A stretch of DNA of 64,000 nt, taken from Eledone cirrhosa. Lineage: Eukaryota. Both the position numbers and the translations under genes were made by a program. Below, in pieces: positions 1 to 15,076 of the stretch (position 1 is the first letter of the stretch; each line of letters opens with the position of its first letter). Where the stretch lies: positions 22,506,001-22,570,000 of the forward strand of contig OZ024748.1 in the NCBI GenBank assembly GCA_964016885.1. The letters are read 5' to 3'. The notes under the pieces are model-generated. The model saw only the letters and a list, made by a program, of their open reading frames with translations. It did not search any database and was not told the origin of the DNA.

Positions 1-59
<59 letters not shown>

Positions 60-61
60 TA

Positions 62-131
<70 letters not shown>

Positions 132-1136
132 TATATATATATGCACTCATATTTGATATTCATCCTAAAACATTGCACAATTTCTCATTAATAGTTCTTA
201 CAGAAGTTGTTGCAAATGAGACTGCAGACCCCATTTATTTCCCATGGGGACTGAACAATAGGGCACAACTCAAACAGTGTCTGTGGTTCGAATAAACGCC
301 ACTTGTTACGGCTTGGCGTCGTTGTGTCTTAAGCTGGAATGAAATTACTATCGACATCTATTAGAATCTACTGTTTGATTGCTCTCATATTTGCGATCCC
401 TTTACATCAAAGACGCGTGGGTGTTCATGTAAATTTGGTTAAACTTTATTGGATGGCTTCTTTACTTTAATCCAATCGCGATAAGTGGGTATTGTTTGTT
501 CTATTGAATTAGTACAATTGGTTGGAGAAAGATATAAACGTATCGGCAATAAAACAAAATATCTAACTGGCAAAGGATTTAAAGAAAATTGCTGAATGCG
601 GAATTAAGAGCTAGTAATTAAAAAGCCAAGTTTGAGATTACTGCGTCAATAAACAATAACTTTTATATAAATTATATTGTAGGGTTTATTGCTTTACGAT
701 TACTATTTCAGCACTGAAGAAACTCGTCGCTAAAAAGGAATCTGCCACTAAGTCACGTAATCGATCCGCCATTTTACTATTTCAATTGCTGTAATAATGT
801 TCTTTGATATGATTTGTATGGAAATAGAATCCACTAAAAGATACTCTGTTCAGATAAATGGTATCGTTCTTTTCAGCTTTGAAGCCCACGATTTTAGTGA
901 AAATACAGTAATTTTTTCTATTGGCACAATATCAAAAATGTATAATAAAGAGCTGTAGTTGATGGAATCTACTAAGTTGATAGCCATTATTTGTCATATT
1001 CACCCCTGTGGCAACAATTGCAAACTCGACCTTAGCAGGATTTTATCTCAGAATGCAGACCCATAAAGCTACATATTGTATGATATTTAGTGTGGTGCTG
1101 TATAATGTCTATCATTTGTCTGATATACAATAAAAT

Positions 1137-1727
1137 AATAATTGTTTCTACTTTTGGCACAAACCCAGTAATTATCCCAGTGTATTACTGGTACTTTATT
1201 TTATCGGCCCCGTAAGGATGAAAGGCAAAGTTAACCTCGGCGGGATTTGAACTCAAACCATATCCCGCCGAGGTTAACTTTGCCTTTCATCCTTACGGGG
1301 CCGATAAAATAAAGTACCAGTAATACACTGGTTACAATCCACTAATAATTGTTTCTACTTTTGGCACAAGGCAAGCAATTACCCAGTACATTACTGGTAC
1401 TTTATTTTATCGGCCCCGTAAGGATGAAAGGCAAAGTTAACCTCGGCGGGATTTGAACTCAAACCATATCCCGCCGAGGTTAACTTTGCCTTTCATCCTT
1501 ACGGGGCCGATAAAATAAAGTACCAGTAATACACTGGATACAATCCACTAATAATTGTTTCTACTTTTGGCACAAGGCCAGCAATTACCCAGTACATTAC
1601 AGGTACTTTATTTTATGGACCCGGTAAGGATGAAAGGCAAAGTCAACCTCGGCGGGATTTGAACTCAGATCATAAAGGGACGTAACTATGCTAGAAAGCA
1701 TGGCCGACCCTCTACCGATACTGCCAC
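1137..1727 (-). mobile_element. tRNA-derived SINE family A cluster: two tandem fold-back units plus one near-complete copy
   Basis: Repeated gtttctacttttggcac...aaggatgaaaggcaaagttaacctcggcgggatttgaactc, with inverted body copies at ~1263-1331 and ~1469-1538. Confidence 0.85.
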
Positions 1728-1779
1728 CTACATCATTATTAGAGGCTCCATTATTTTTTCCTGTGCGATTTTTTTCCTG

Positions 1780-2033
1780 CTGATCTGATCAACGGAACAG
1801 CCTGCTCGTGAAATTAACATGCAAGTGGCTGAGCATTCTACAAGTACACATACCCTGAACGTAGTTCTCCGGGAGATTCGGCGTGACTCAGAATGTGACA
1901 AGACAGGCCCAACTCATTTTTGCCTGCTGAGTGAACTGGAGCAACGTGAAATAAAGGGTCTTGCTCAAGAACACAGCGTACCGCCTGGAATCGCACTCAT
2001 GACTTTACAATCATCAGCCGAATTCCCTAACCA
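1780..2033 (-). mobile_element. tRNA-derived SINE family B (CORE-like)
   Basis: Minus strand gtggttagggaattcggc...ttgagcaagaccctttatttcacgttgctccagttcactcagc; homologous to 16325-16611 and 37530-37805. Confidence 0.75.
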
Positions 2034-2394
2034 CACATGTATCTGTTTTAGTTTTAAGAGATATCATTGCTGTAGTCTTCATTAAAACAGATGAAATAAT
2101 CTCCCTTTGCTTCTAATTTGAATTAATTTAACATGTTTTGTGTGATAAAGAAGTAGATTGCTAAGGAGGTCAATAGGGACTAAGGAGGTGAATAGGGACT
2201 AAGGAGGTCAATAGGACTACTCAGGGACTGAATGAAATGTTGGGCCAAAACCTACCGTTTCTTTAAGAAATTAAAATACGGAAACATCTTCAGCCGGTTT
2301 CTGATTTATATATGACTAGTCTTTATTAACTATATATCTTATATTTTGTTATCAAATGTGCTTATTTACTTCTATATTCTTATACATTCTGGCG

Positions 2395-3090
2395 GCCATG
2401 AAGAGTTAGGGACTCCATGAGGGGGTCAGGGACTCTATGAGAGGTCAGGGACTCCATGAGGGGTCAACGACTCCATGAAATGGTCAGGGACTCCATGAAG
2501 TGGTCAGAGACTCCATGAAGGGTTAGGGACTCCATGAAGTGGGTCAGGGACGCCATGAAGGGCCAGGGACTCCATGAAAAGGTCAGGTACTCCATGAGGA
2601 GTCAGGGACTCCATGAGGGATCAGGGACTCCATGAAGGGTTAGGGACTCCATGAGGCGTTAAGGACTCCATGAAGTGATCAGGGACTTCATGAGGGGGTA
2701 GGGACTCCATGAAGGATTAGGGACTCCATGAAGGGGTCAAGAACTCCATGAAGGATTAGGGACTCCATGAAGGGGTCAAGGACTCCATGAAGGGGTCAGG
2801 GATTCCATGAAATGGTTAGGGACTCCATGAAGGGTTAGGAACTCCATGAAGGGGGTCAAGAACTCCACGAAGGGTCAGGGACTCCATGAAGTGGTCAGGG
2901 ATTCCATGAAGTGGTTAGGGACTCCATGAAGGGTTAGGGACTCCATGAAGGGGGTCAGGGACTCCATGACGTGGTCAGGACTCCATGAGGGGTTAGGGAC
3001 TCTATGAAAGGTTATGGACTCCATGAAGGGGTCAGGGACTCCATGAAGGGGTAGAGACTTCAAGAAGTGATCAGAGATTCCATGAAGAGG
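2395..3090. repeat. Minisatellite, ~20-21 bp unit (gggactccatgaaggggtca)
   Basis: About 33 imperfect tandem copies. Confidence 0.95.
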
Positions 3091-3550
3091 TCGATCAGTC
3101 TAAAGGGTTTATGCACTCTATTTTAAATGACGTCGTCAATAAATATCTTTAATATTTCAAATAAGCGACATTCATTTCTTTCAATAGATTGGTATTTGGG
3201 GGATCAAGGATCGTTAGATGTAATAAAACTGACAAGAACTAAGGTTCAAGCACATGGAGACGAATTTTAATTTGTTCGTTGAATTCAGATGTGTCAGTTT
3301 GTGGAAGTGTGTGGCTTAGTGGTTGGGGTTTTCGGCTTACAATAGTAATATCAGGAGTTCGATTGCCGGGAGTATGTTGTGTTCATAAACAAGACACTTC
3401 AATTTACGTTGCTTCAGTTGCCGATATTTGCAATACAAGTTTCACCCAATGGACGATCACAACTGTTGTGACTAGCCACTGTGTGAAACTTGTATTGCAA
3501 GTAAGTACCACTTATTGAGATTTAATAAACTCACATTTAATAATCTCACA

Positions 3551-3758
3551 TCTATATATTAATAAAATTCTGTGATTGCTTTCTTGCTTGTCTGTAATGG
3601 AATACAGTCAAAAGGGCGCATAATGGGAAAATACTTTGAAAGGAAGTTGACCCTGGAATGGGAATACAAATGGAATAAAACAAGTTTCGCGTAAATCGGA
3701 CCACGGGTTCCCGAGATATGGGGTTTTTTCCGGGTACCTTCATAAAGAGAGAGAGAGG

Positions 3759-3824
<66 letters not shown>

Positions 3825-3883
3825 AAGAGAGAGAGAGAGAGGGAGAGGAGAATGGAAGAGAGAGAGCTGGTGTTGTTGTTGTG

Positions 3884-3914
<31 letters not shown>

Positions 3915-3944
3915 CTGTGACCAGTGATAGATCACAGACACCAC

Positions 3945-4001
<57 letters not shown>

Positions 4002-4195
4002 TGTGTGTGTGTGGGTGTATGTGTGTGTATACAAACACACACATACACGCGCGCATATATATGGGCCTTCCAGTTTCATTTCACATTATATACATGTCTG
4101 TGTATATTTTAATTATTTAAAACTATTGTTAAGTGACATGATTTTTTTTTTATATTTTGAAGCGAACTTGACCCAATGGGTCACGGGTGGTCTAG
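3551..4195 (+). mobile_element. Non-autonomous Helitron carrying internal (GA)n/(TA)n/(TG)n microsatellites
   Basis: A|TCTATATATTAATAAA 5' end; subterminal hairpin TGACCC-AAT-GGGTCA; CTAG|T 3' end; inserted in an AT target without TSD. Confidence 0.75.
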
Positions 4196-4319
4196 TTACA
4201 TATAAAAGTCTGTATAAGATGATATTTACAACAACGTAAAGCGTATACCAGTGTATGTCGTACAGCTACTACACTACATTATGCGTATACCAGTGTATGT
4301 CGTACAGCTACTCGGGCAG

Positions 4320-4470
4320 TATGCTTCACAGCTAAGAGTTACGTCATTTTGGGTTTTGAGTTCAAATCCTGCCGAGGTTAAATTTACCTTTTATCTATAT
4401 GGGGGTCGATGAAATAAAGTACCAATAATGGACTGGGGTAATTGCTGGTATTGTGCCGAAAGTAAAGGTA
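4320..4470 (+). mobile_element. SINE family A, degraded
   Basis: gagttcaaatcctgccgaggtt...gggtcgatgaaataaagtacc...gctggtattgtgcc. Confidence 0.75.
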
Positions 4471-4576
4471 ATCATATATATGTATGTATATATATATATA
4501 TATATATATATAAATATGTTTGTGTGTGCATATATTTTGTCTTTTCTAATATAATTATAAATACGCAGACACTCGA

Positions 4577-4615
<39 letters not shown>

Positions 4616-4618
4616 CAT

Positions 4619-4659
<41 letters not shown>

Positions 4660-4732
4660 CATATATGTGTGTGTGTATGTATGTATGTATATATATGTGT
4701 GTGTGTGTGTGTGTATATATAGGTATGTATGT

Positions 4733-4825
<93 letters not shown>

Positions 4826-4849
4826 TATATATATATAATATATAAGGTT

Positions 4850-4900
4850 AGTTTCAGAAGATCCCGTTAAGGGTGAAAGCAGCGATTCTTTGCTTAAACT
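4850..4900 (+). ncRNA. Hammerhead-like motif F2 with CAGAAGA core (copies on minus strand at 7574-7624 and 31890-31940)
   Basis: agttt-CAGAAGA-t ccc gttaa ggg t-GAAA-gca..tgc-TT-aaact; all three stems pair. Confidence 0.6.
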
Positions 4901-4916
4901 TTAATCTGTTATTTTA

Positions 4917-4952
<36 letters not shown>

Positions 4953-5448
4953 ATTATATCTGAGTGTCTTTGTATACATAATTATAAAATGTAAAATGTT
5001 AAGGCCGCACGTATTGAGTACGATACGAGAATCCGTCCAAATCTATGCCCGTAGTTTCAACATCTCATTCAGTTTGCACCTTATTAATTATTCATTGATA
5101 TGCATGTCTAATGTTGTTACTGCAGAACATCGGTCCGTTATTGTATAATGTTCATTCTAACAATGTGCAACGTAATGGAGAGCTGCATATTGATTTACTT
5201 ATTCAACACGCATACATGCTTGCAAAAGACGTGGTTCGGGATGTACAATGCATTATTTATGACTCCATGTTGGTCCTGCAAGCATGCGATGACGAGCTAT
5301 AGCTTCTGAATACATGCACCGATATAAATGCTATCACATATCCATTTGTTCCTCACATATTTATACACACATACGTACTCATGCTTATAGACAAGTTGCC
5401 TTGTATGATACATATATACATGTGAATTCCATGACTACATTGACACAT

Positions 5449-5532
<84 letters not shown>

Positions 5533-5571
5533 ATATATATTTTTATATATACATACATGTATATATATATA

Positions 5572-5622
<51 letters not shown>

Positions 5623-5732
5623 TATATATATATTATATATATATGTATGTATATATAAATATATCTATATATATTATATATAAATATATCTATATATATT
5701 ATATTTATTTATTTATATATATATATATACAC

Positions 5733-5816
<84 letters not shown>

Positions 5817-5825
5817 CTTTTATAT

Positions 5826-5879
<54 letters not shown>

Positions 5880-6431
5880 GTTGATATTAAATTACATTAA
5901 AAATAATATACAGTTGCTGATAAATATACAGATAAATTCCCTGACTTACACCTGTAAATACAATAGTATATGTAAGAGGGGTAGGTTAATATACATATGA
6001 TTAATTTGAGACGAAGGGGGCGTAGGGAGAGAATACCAGGAGGGAAGAGTGAACCGATGAAAAGGATTAGAACATTTGCAGTAGGATCTAACGTAAATAC
6101 ATGCGTGTACACGAATGCATGTTGCAACATATTCCAGTGTACATTTACCGAAATAGAATCAAGTTATGATAAAAGCAAAAAAATATATGTAGGTGCATGC
6201 ATGATTATATAATATAAAGAAATAATATATAGACAAATTGATATATATATATATATATATATATATCAATTTGTCTATATATTATTTCTTTTTTTTTTTT
6301 TTTTTTTTTAATTGAGTTTGAATTATTTTTCCACATCTTACGTTAATTATTTTCCATTTTGACGTTATAGTCACTTATATATTATGAAATACTGTTGGCT
6401 TCACGCTCACAATAATTTCTATACTTTCATT

Positions 6432-6463
<32 letters not shown>

Positions 6464-6890
6464 ATGTAGGAGGTGAGTTTTATTGTAGTACAATAAAGCA
6501 ATGCAGATATCGGATAAGAAGCACTCTACAGTTTGTAGGACTGGAGTATACATAATATAAGATCAAAAGATGGTTAAAGGAATTCCATGTATTTTATTAT
6601 GCGCATAATTTTTTTGAAATGCGCATAATAAAATACATGGAACTCCTTTAACCATCTTTTGATCTTATATTATATATATATATATATATATCAGGAACGA
6701 TCGACTTTCGTCAAATCGGACCGAGGAAACAATGCTTCCATTGGTCTTTCCAATTGCTAGTACTATCTATCGTTCGCAACTCCAGGTAGAAGGAGCAACG
6801 TGAAATAAAGTGTCTTGTCCGGGGATCGAACTCACCATCTCACGATTGCGAATCCAATTCTCTAACCACTCAGCCACACGCCTTCACATC

Positions 6891-6997
<107 letters not shown>

Positions 6998-7080
6998 TAT
7001 ATGAAAAGAGTCAGGACCCCGACGGCTGAGGTCCGGCGCGGTGTCAATAGCTAGATCCGAACTAAGCCACACTTTCTTTG

Positions 7081-7194
<114 letters not shown>

Positions 7195-7326
7195 GCTATT
7201 CCGGGTTGAATCGGAGGTAACCACAGTAAGTAAGGAACTCAATACATTGCAGAGTATAAAAGTTTTAATAAAGATGAGATTCTACAGGACTAGAACTGTT
7301 TCATTCTTTAGAAATCACCAGGAATC

Positions 7327-7370
7327 TCCTGATGATTTCTAAAGAATGAAACAGTTCTAGTCCTGTAGAA
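7327..7370 (+). ncRNA. Hammerhead motif F3 within a 107-bp palindrome
   Basis: CTGATGA-t ttc taaa gaa t-GAAA-cag ttctagtc ctg-TA-gaa; a degenerate homolog with fold-back at ~28145-28230. Confidence 0.68.
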
Positions 7371-7452
7371 TCTCATCTCTCTCTATATATATATATGTGT
7401 GTGTATATGTTTTTCGAATATTAATAATAACATTCGATTCGTTTGCAAAATT

Positions 7453-7557
<105 letters not shown>

Positions 7558-7624
7558 TAAAATAACAGATTAAAGTTTAAGCAAAGAATCGCTGCTTTCA
7601 CCCTTAACGGGATCTTCTGAAACT

Positions 7625-7717
<93 letters not shown>

Positions 7718-7914
7718 AAGAGGGTGTGGTAAGATACTAGGTGGACCATAATGCACCAGAGTACTCGATTCTTAGCGTAGTAGAGTGGGTAATACGGAAA
7801 GAGTCAGGATGCCGACGGAGGCCAGTTCAGCCCCCACCCCCACCCTCACACCCACCACTATAGTATTTGTGAGTAACATCGTTTGACAAATTTTCCGCTT
7901 TTCTAGCGACCACC

Positions 7915-7948
<34 letters not shown>

Positions 7949-8130
7949 ACTAGAGATTGATTAACATATAAATAAACATGAATAATCACAGGAGATCATT
8001 TTTACAAGTGTGTAACCACACATAGCTAGGTAGGTAACTAAATAAAGTTGACCAGAACTTAAAAAATGTCTTTCTGGCATGACACCCATAATTTTGATTT
8101 AGATTAAATTCATTTGATTTATCTTAATTT

Positions 8131-8199
<69 letters not shown>

Positions 8200-8322
8200 G
8201 ACGGACTTCTGTACAGTTTCCGTGTGCGAACTTTGATTCGTAATATATTAAATAGACCAAAGTTATAGTGAAAGAAAAAAAGACACTCTCCTAGGTTACC
8301 ACGCATTATGACTGAACCTGTA

Positions 8323-8482
8323 GAGGGTCGGACGCCATGCTTTCCAGCATAGTTACGTCCCTTTACGATCTGAGTTCAAATCCCGCCGAGGTTGACTTTG
8401 CCTTTCATCCTTACGGGGTCGATAAAATAAAGTACCAGTAATGCACTGGGTAATTGCTGGCCTTGTGCCTAAAGTAGAAACA
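8323..8482 (+). mobile_element. SINE family A, 5'-truncated, 18-bp TSD
   Basis: TSD attatgactgaacctgta at 8305-8322 and 8483-8500. Confidence 0.88.
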
Positions 8483-8570
8483 ATTATGACTGAACCTGTA
8501 ACTCTTCATTTCGCAGCAACCTCCCTCCTTAACGACACCTGCTTGTGCCTTTCAAAACAAACATTGTCGG

Positions 8571-8760
8571 GGGCGGTGGATTGGCAGTATCGGTAGAGGG
8601 TCGGACGCCATGCTTTGACGCATAGAGTTACGGCCCTTGCCATTCTGAGTTCAAATCCCGCCGAGGTTAACTTTGCCTTTCATCCTTACGGGGTCGATAA
8701 AATAAAGTACCAGTAATGTACTGGATAATTTCTGGCCTTGTGCCAATAGTAGAAACAATT
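8571..8760 (+). mobile_element. SINE family A, full length
   Basis: tRNA-like A box (tggcagtatcgg) and B box (gagttcaaatcc), central gcctttcatccttacggggtcgataaaataaagtaccag, tail gtagaaacaatt. Confidence 0.9.
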
Positions 8761-9022
8761 GTCTAAAGAAGTAATTTTATATATATCAATTCTTACTGAT
8801 AGCTGCAATTTTTTGTAGTAAATTGTTTGTATTTTATAAGGATTTACAAGAATTCAATCGAAAATAATTGATACACACTTATACACGGACTTTTATAAAG
8901 ATGTATATTAACGCATTCACAAACACTATTTACATACATTACAGTACATACTTTTGTGTGTGTATATACATACATATATGTGTGTATATACAGGTATATG
9001 TATATATATATATGTATGTATC

Positions 9023-9063
<41 letters not shown>

Positions 9064-9114
9064 GTGTGTGTGTGTGTATATAATTGTTCTTTTGCTATAT
9101 ATATATATGTGTGT

Positions 9115-9258
<144 letters not shown>

Positions 9259-9304
9259 GTATATATATATATATGTATATATATATGTATATATATATGT
9301 GTGT

Positions 9305-9376
<72 letters not shown>

Positions 9377-9836
9377 TATAAGCTCGCGCACAAATACATA
9401 AATGTACATAACAGCCAGCAAAATTCCATTCTCGTCTGTACTGCTCTCAATAACTTCAATACTATCAACGCCATCAAGCAAGCCACCGACACCCAGCCAA
9501 CGAGCAAACCAGCCAACCCAACCAGCCACCCAACCAGCCATCATTCCCCGCAATATTTGTATACTTGTACCCCCTACTAGTCCTAATATAACGTCCATCC
9601 ACATCCCTCGAAATTATTTTCTCCCTCCTTCGTTCTCTACATGTCAGCGCCCTTTCACCTTCAAACTCATTTCTCAATATCACCAAGCGGCCTATTTATT
9701 TTAACGCAATTACCAATTACTTTGTTTTAAAACTCACTTTTCTATTCCCCTCCTGAAACCTTGCCCTGTAATATATTCCAATGTTTCTTTAGATTTTGGG
9801 GGTAGATTCTATCCATCATTTCTTCCCTCACATCTC

Positions 9837-9882
<46 letters not shown>

Positions 9883-9978
9883 ACTCTCGCTTTACACGCA
9901 CGCAGTCACGCACGCACACTCACACACATACACACACACACACACACAAATAAACATATATATGTATATATATATATG

Positions 9979-10012
<34 letters not shown>

Positions 10013-10129
10013 TATATAAATGTGCATATATATATATGTATATATACATATATAAATGTGTATATATATATATATATATACACATATATAAATGTGCATA
10101 TATATATATATGTATATATACATATATAA

Positions 10130-10186
<57 letters not shown>

Positions 10187-10267
10187 AATATATATTGAAT
10201 TTCTTTAAAAGCGTACTGGTAGGGAATAGTTAGTTCTCTCTCTCTCTCTCTCTCTCTGGTTCTCTCT

Positions 10268-10306
<39 letters not shown>

Positions 10307-10315
10307 TTATTATTA

Positions 10316-10910
10316 TGGCAGTATCGGTAGAGCGTCAGACACCCTGCTTTGCAGCATGGAGTTGTGGCCCTTTACGTTCTGAGTTCAAATCCCACCGAGG
10401 TTAACTTTGCCTTTCATCCTTTCGGGGTCGATAAAATAAAGCACCAGTAATGCACTGGGATAATTGCTGATCTTGTGCCAAAAGTAGAAACAATTATTAT
10501 TATTGCTTTTTCTCATGGCGGTAGTTTGGCAGAATCGGTAGAGTATCGGACAAAGTGATTCAAAATGATTTGTGGTATTTAGTTACAACTTTCTACATTC
10601 TGATTTCAAATCTCGCCGAAGTCAACTTTACCTTTCGTTCTCACTAGGTTCGATAAAATAAAGTACCAGTTAAATATTGGGGTCGATATGATAGATACAC
10701 TTGACTTTCCCCTCCACTCAAATTGCTGGTGTTGTGCCTAGGTACGAGATCATTATATGGCCCTTTACGTTCTGAGTTCAAATCCTGCCGAAGTCAACTT
10801 TGCCTTTCATCCTTACGGGGGGTCGATACAATAAAGTACCAGTGATATACTGGCATCAATTTAATCTACTTTCCCCTCTCTCCAAATTGCTGGGGCCTGT
10901 AGTAGAAGTC
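10316..10910 (+). mobile_element. Three adjacent SINE family A copies of differing divergence
   Basis: Copies at ~10316-10495, ~10517-10750 and ~10757-10910. Confidence 0.85.
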
Positions 10911-11183
10911 ATTATTAATCTTCTTCCCGATTAGAAAATAAGTCTCCGACCATTTGACACCGTTCAGATTAGTCTTTAACCCTTTAGCATTCAAACCGGC
11001 CATATCCGGCCAGAATTCTCTCACATCTTCTGTTCAAACCGGTTGTAACTGGCCACTCATACCAACGTTAAAGTATTGTTCTTAAACAAATAATATCAAA
11101 ATCTCATAAATTTGATATTATGTGAGATAATTATCTAAGATAAAGCCTTTACTGTGAAAATACAATAGTATATATAGAATAAT

Positions 11184-11368
11184 TGTTTCTACTTTAGGCA
11201 CCAGGCCAGCAATTAGCCAGTGCATTACTGGTACTTTATTTTATCGACCCCGTAAGGATGAAAGGCAAAGTCAACCTCGGCGGGATTTGAACTCAGATCG
11301 TAAAGGGACGTAGCTATGATGGAAAGCATGGCGTCAGACCCTCCACCGATACTGCCAATCCACCGCCC
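11184..11368 (-). mobile_element. SINE family A, full length, 19-bp TSD
   Basis: TSD atagtatatatagaataat at 11165-11183 and 11369-11387. Confidence 0.92.
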
Positions 11369-12043
11369 ATAGTATATATAGAATAATGCAAAGTATCTCT
11401 CTGTGACTTTACCTATCTACGATGCAATATCCTTCAACTCCAATTCAACTGTCTCCCACCAAAATATCCTTGGTCGACTTTTTAATTCCACATTTAGTAT
11501 CCTGTCCTCGTCCACTCCGTAGACACAACTTAGCTAGCACTTTATGTCAAACTATAACCAGTCTTCACATTACAGCTTATCACTTGATAATCCAACTGTA
11601 GAGACCAGAAAAGGCAACATATATTTCTTATAGAAAGGCATTGGTTGATGTTGATTATATCTTGTTTTAACAATCACCAACATTCTAAGCCACATATGAC
11701 ATCTTTGGTATCCTTGTTATAAAAACGTATCTTAGTTCTAAGATGGTATAACTTAGACTTTGGCATGATCAATATCCTACGAACGTGGGAATTTTATTTT
11801 TTTTTCTTTTGGCTTCTGTTTGAAATAATTTATGAAACTTTCTAGCTATGTAAAGTATTCCATGCTGTCTTCCGGCTCATCGGTGCTAATGCGACTTTAT
11901 ATTGCTGCAAGTTGGCGCCGATTCAAGTGTGTTGTAGTCTTTTGAGGTGTTTCTATCCTAGAATTATATTTACACTCTACTTTCTTCAAGTATGGAGTAC
12001 TATGTTGAATAATGGGATTACTATTAACGTCTCAACTCTCAAA

Positions 12044-12077
<34 letters not shown>

Positions 12078-12102
12078 TTCTTTATATATATATATGTATA
12101 TA

Positions 12103-12134
<32 letters not shown>

Positions 12135-12179
12135 AATGGAAAAAATGAAACGAAATTTCATTTCTCACTCTTAGTACGG

Positions 12180-12347
<168 letters not shown>

Positions 12348-12421
12348 TGTATATATATGTATATATAGATATATATGTAAATATATATATAGATATATAT
12401 GTAAATATATATATGTTTATG

Positions 12422-12512
<91 letters not shown>

Positions 12513-12529
12513 AGATGTGGAAAAAACCA

Positions 12530-12764
12530 TCTACACCATAACCCTCCAGAGTACTCAATATGTGGGTTAGTAGAGTGGGTAATATGAACAGATTCAGATC
12601 TAGCAGACGAAACGGCCGGAGCTCAGCCGTCGGTGTCCTAGTTCTTTTCATATATATATATATAACAACGAGGGTGTGGGAAGATACCAGGTGCACCATA
12701 ACGCACCAGTTCGGATCAAGCTGTCGAAACGGCCGGAGCTCAGCCGTCGGGGTCCTGTTTCTTT

Positions 12765-12766
<2 letters not shown>
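12530..12766. mobile_element. Two F1-related (subfamily b) rearranged fragments; further copies at 7003-7083 and 7713-7818
   Basis: gaaacggccggagctcagccgtcgg HHR stem III variant joined to an oppositely oriented tail (accataac..ccag; gtagagtgggtaat). Confidence 0.72.
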
Positions 12767-12840
<74 letters not shown>

Positions 12841-12841
<1 letters not shown>

Positions 12842-13031
12842 ACGAAGGAAATGTGGTAAGGATCCAGGTGGACCATAACGCACCAAAGTACTCAATACTT
12901 AGGGTAGTAGAGTGGGTAATAGGAACGAGCAGGACCCCGACGGCTGAGCTCAAGCCGTTTCGACGGCTAATTTTGGACGCAGAATTAGCCATCGAAACGG
13001 CTTGAGCTCAGCCGTCGGTGTCCTACTCGTT

Positions 13032-13033
<2 letters not shown>
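12841..13033 (-). mobile_element. F1 PLE terminal fragment with inverted HHR half, in (TA)n
   Basis: aacgaaggaaatgtgg...gacggctgagctcaagccgtttcgacggctaatt followed by its inverted copy; same family as 61516-61573. Confidence 0.85.
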
Positions 13034-13096
<63 letters not shown>

Positions 13097-13771
13097 GATA
13101 TTAAATAAATGGAAACTATATTTATAAAACCATAGTTTCCATTTATTTAATATCGTAAATATACTCCAAATACTTGTTGAGTGCTTTTATATCAGTTATA
13201 AATATTTACTCGTTGTAACCCAACCATTTAAATAAAACTTTGCATATATATATATATATATATGTATACGTATCATGCAAAAAAAAACACTGAACAGATA
13301 CAAATAGGAGATATACCAGGTGTTGGGACGTTTCGGGGCATAAGTTGAGTTGTAAAACGTAAGTTTTCTTTACAAATGACATTAGTAAAATAATCGTAGA
13401 ATTATTGACTTTTAAATCCCATAGTAAAGTTGTATTGTTTTCTCCGATAAAAGGATGCATGGATCAGTGGGCGGGCGGCAACAACGGAATTGGGTAACAT
13501 TCACAGATACTATGAATAGCTATAACGCGATTTCATCTCCCGGACGACGGATGATTAGCGTACAGGTGACAGTGTGTATATACACGACTGTATGGATGTA
13601 TAGATGTGTAGATGCATAGAAATAATGATTTCTAATGTATATATGCCGCCGGTGTAATTGGTGGGGCCTGAGAAGAAAAAAAAAAGAACTTTCTTAGTTG
13701 AAAGGGTAAGTGGAGCGAATCAAATGGGCACGGGTGCGTACATATGTATAGGTAGGTGTTTCTGCATTCAA

Positions 13772-13855
<84 letters not shown>

Positions 13856-13872
13856 ATAGATACAATTATGTA

Positions 13873-13958
<86 letters not shown>

Positions 13959-14068
13959 TACATATATATATATATATATGTATATATATATGTATATATC
14001 TACATATATATATATATATGTATACATATATATATATATATATATGTATGTATATATATATACAATTA

Positions 14069-14108
<40 letters not shown>

Positions 14109-14133
14109 CATGTATATATGTATATGTAGATGT

Positions 14134-14197
<64 letters not shown>

Positions 14198-14198
14198 G

Positions 14199-14331
<133 letters not shown>

Positions 14332-14607
14332 ACACACACATTCACACATTCACATATATATGTATAGTACCTGTATATGTGTATATATGTTTTTTGTATA
14401 TGTGTGTCTGTATACATATAAGGGTAAGCCTGTAAGCATGCTGAAAGACAGTATATATTTGACGGTCATTTCAAACATGTAGAGCTGTGGTGGAGGTTGT
14501 GTGTAGGTAATTGAATGTTTCTGAAAATCATAGAAGCGACAAATACATAATTATTTGTTGACAGTTTATGTGTGTGTACACATAAACACACAAACACACA
14601 TACACAT

Positions 14608-14646
<39 letters not shown>

Positions 14647-14898
14647 CAAACAACACACACACACACACACGCATACATACACAAGCACATACACACACAT
14701 ACACTCACACACACATACATACACTAACACACACACACGCACACATACACACACACAAACCTTCACGCGCACACACACACACATATATACACACACACTA
14801 ACACATACATACACACACAAACACACGCCCTCACACGCACGCACATAAACACACATAAACACACAAACACCCATACACACAAACACACAAACACACAC

Positions 14899-14953
<55 letters not shown>

Positions 14954-15045
14954 TACATATTTCTTTTTTTTTAATGTTAAGTTTTCAAAATTTCTTTCTT
15001 TATATTTTTATTTTCCTTCTTTTATATTGATATTAAAAGTTCTGG

Positions 15046-15076
<31 letters not shown>

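Noticed and set aside
150-830. Possible decayed transposase or host exon
   Set aside because: No recognisable motif or sustained frame.
2250-2297. Hammerhead candidate CTGAAGA...GAAACGGTA (minus)
   Set aside because: Stems I and II do not pair convincingly.
8571-8660. tRNA gene
   Set aside because: A and B boxes belong to SINE heads; no cloverleaf, and the sequence continues into the SINE body.
10977-11060. piggyBac-like MITE end (TTAA CCCTTTAGC)
   Set aside because: No matching second terminus found nearby.
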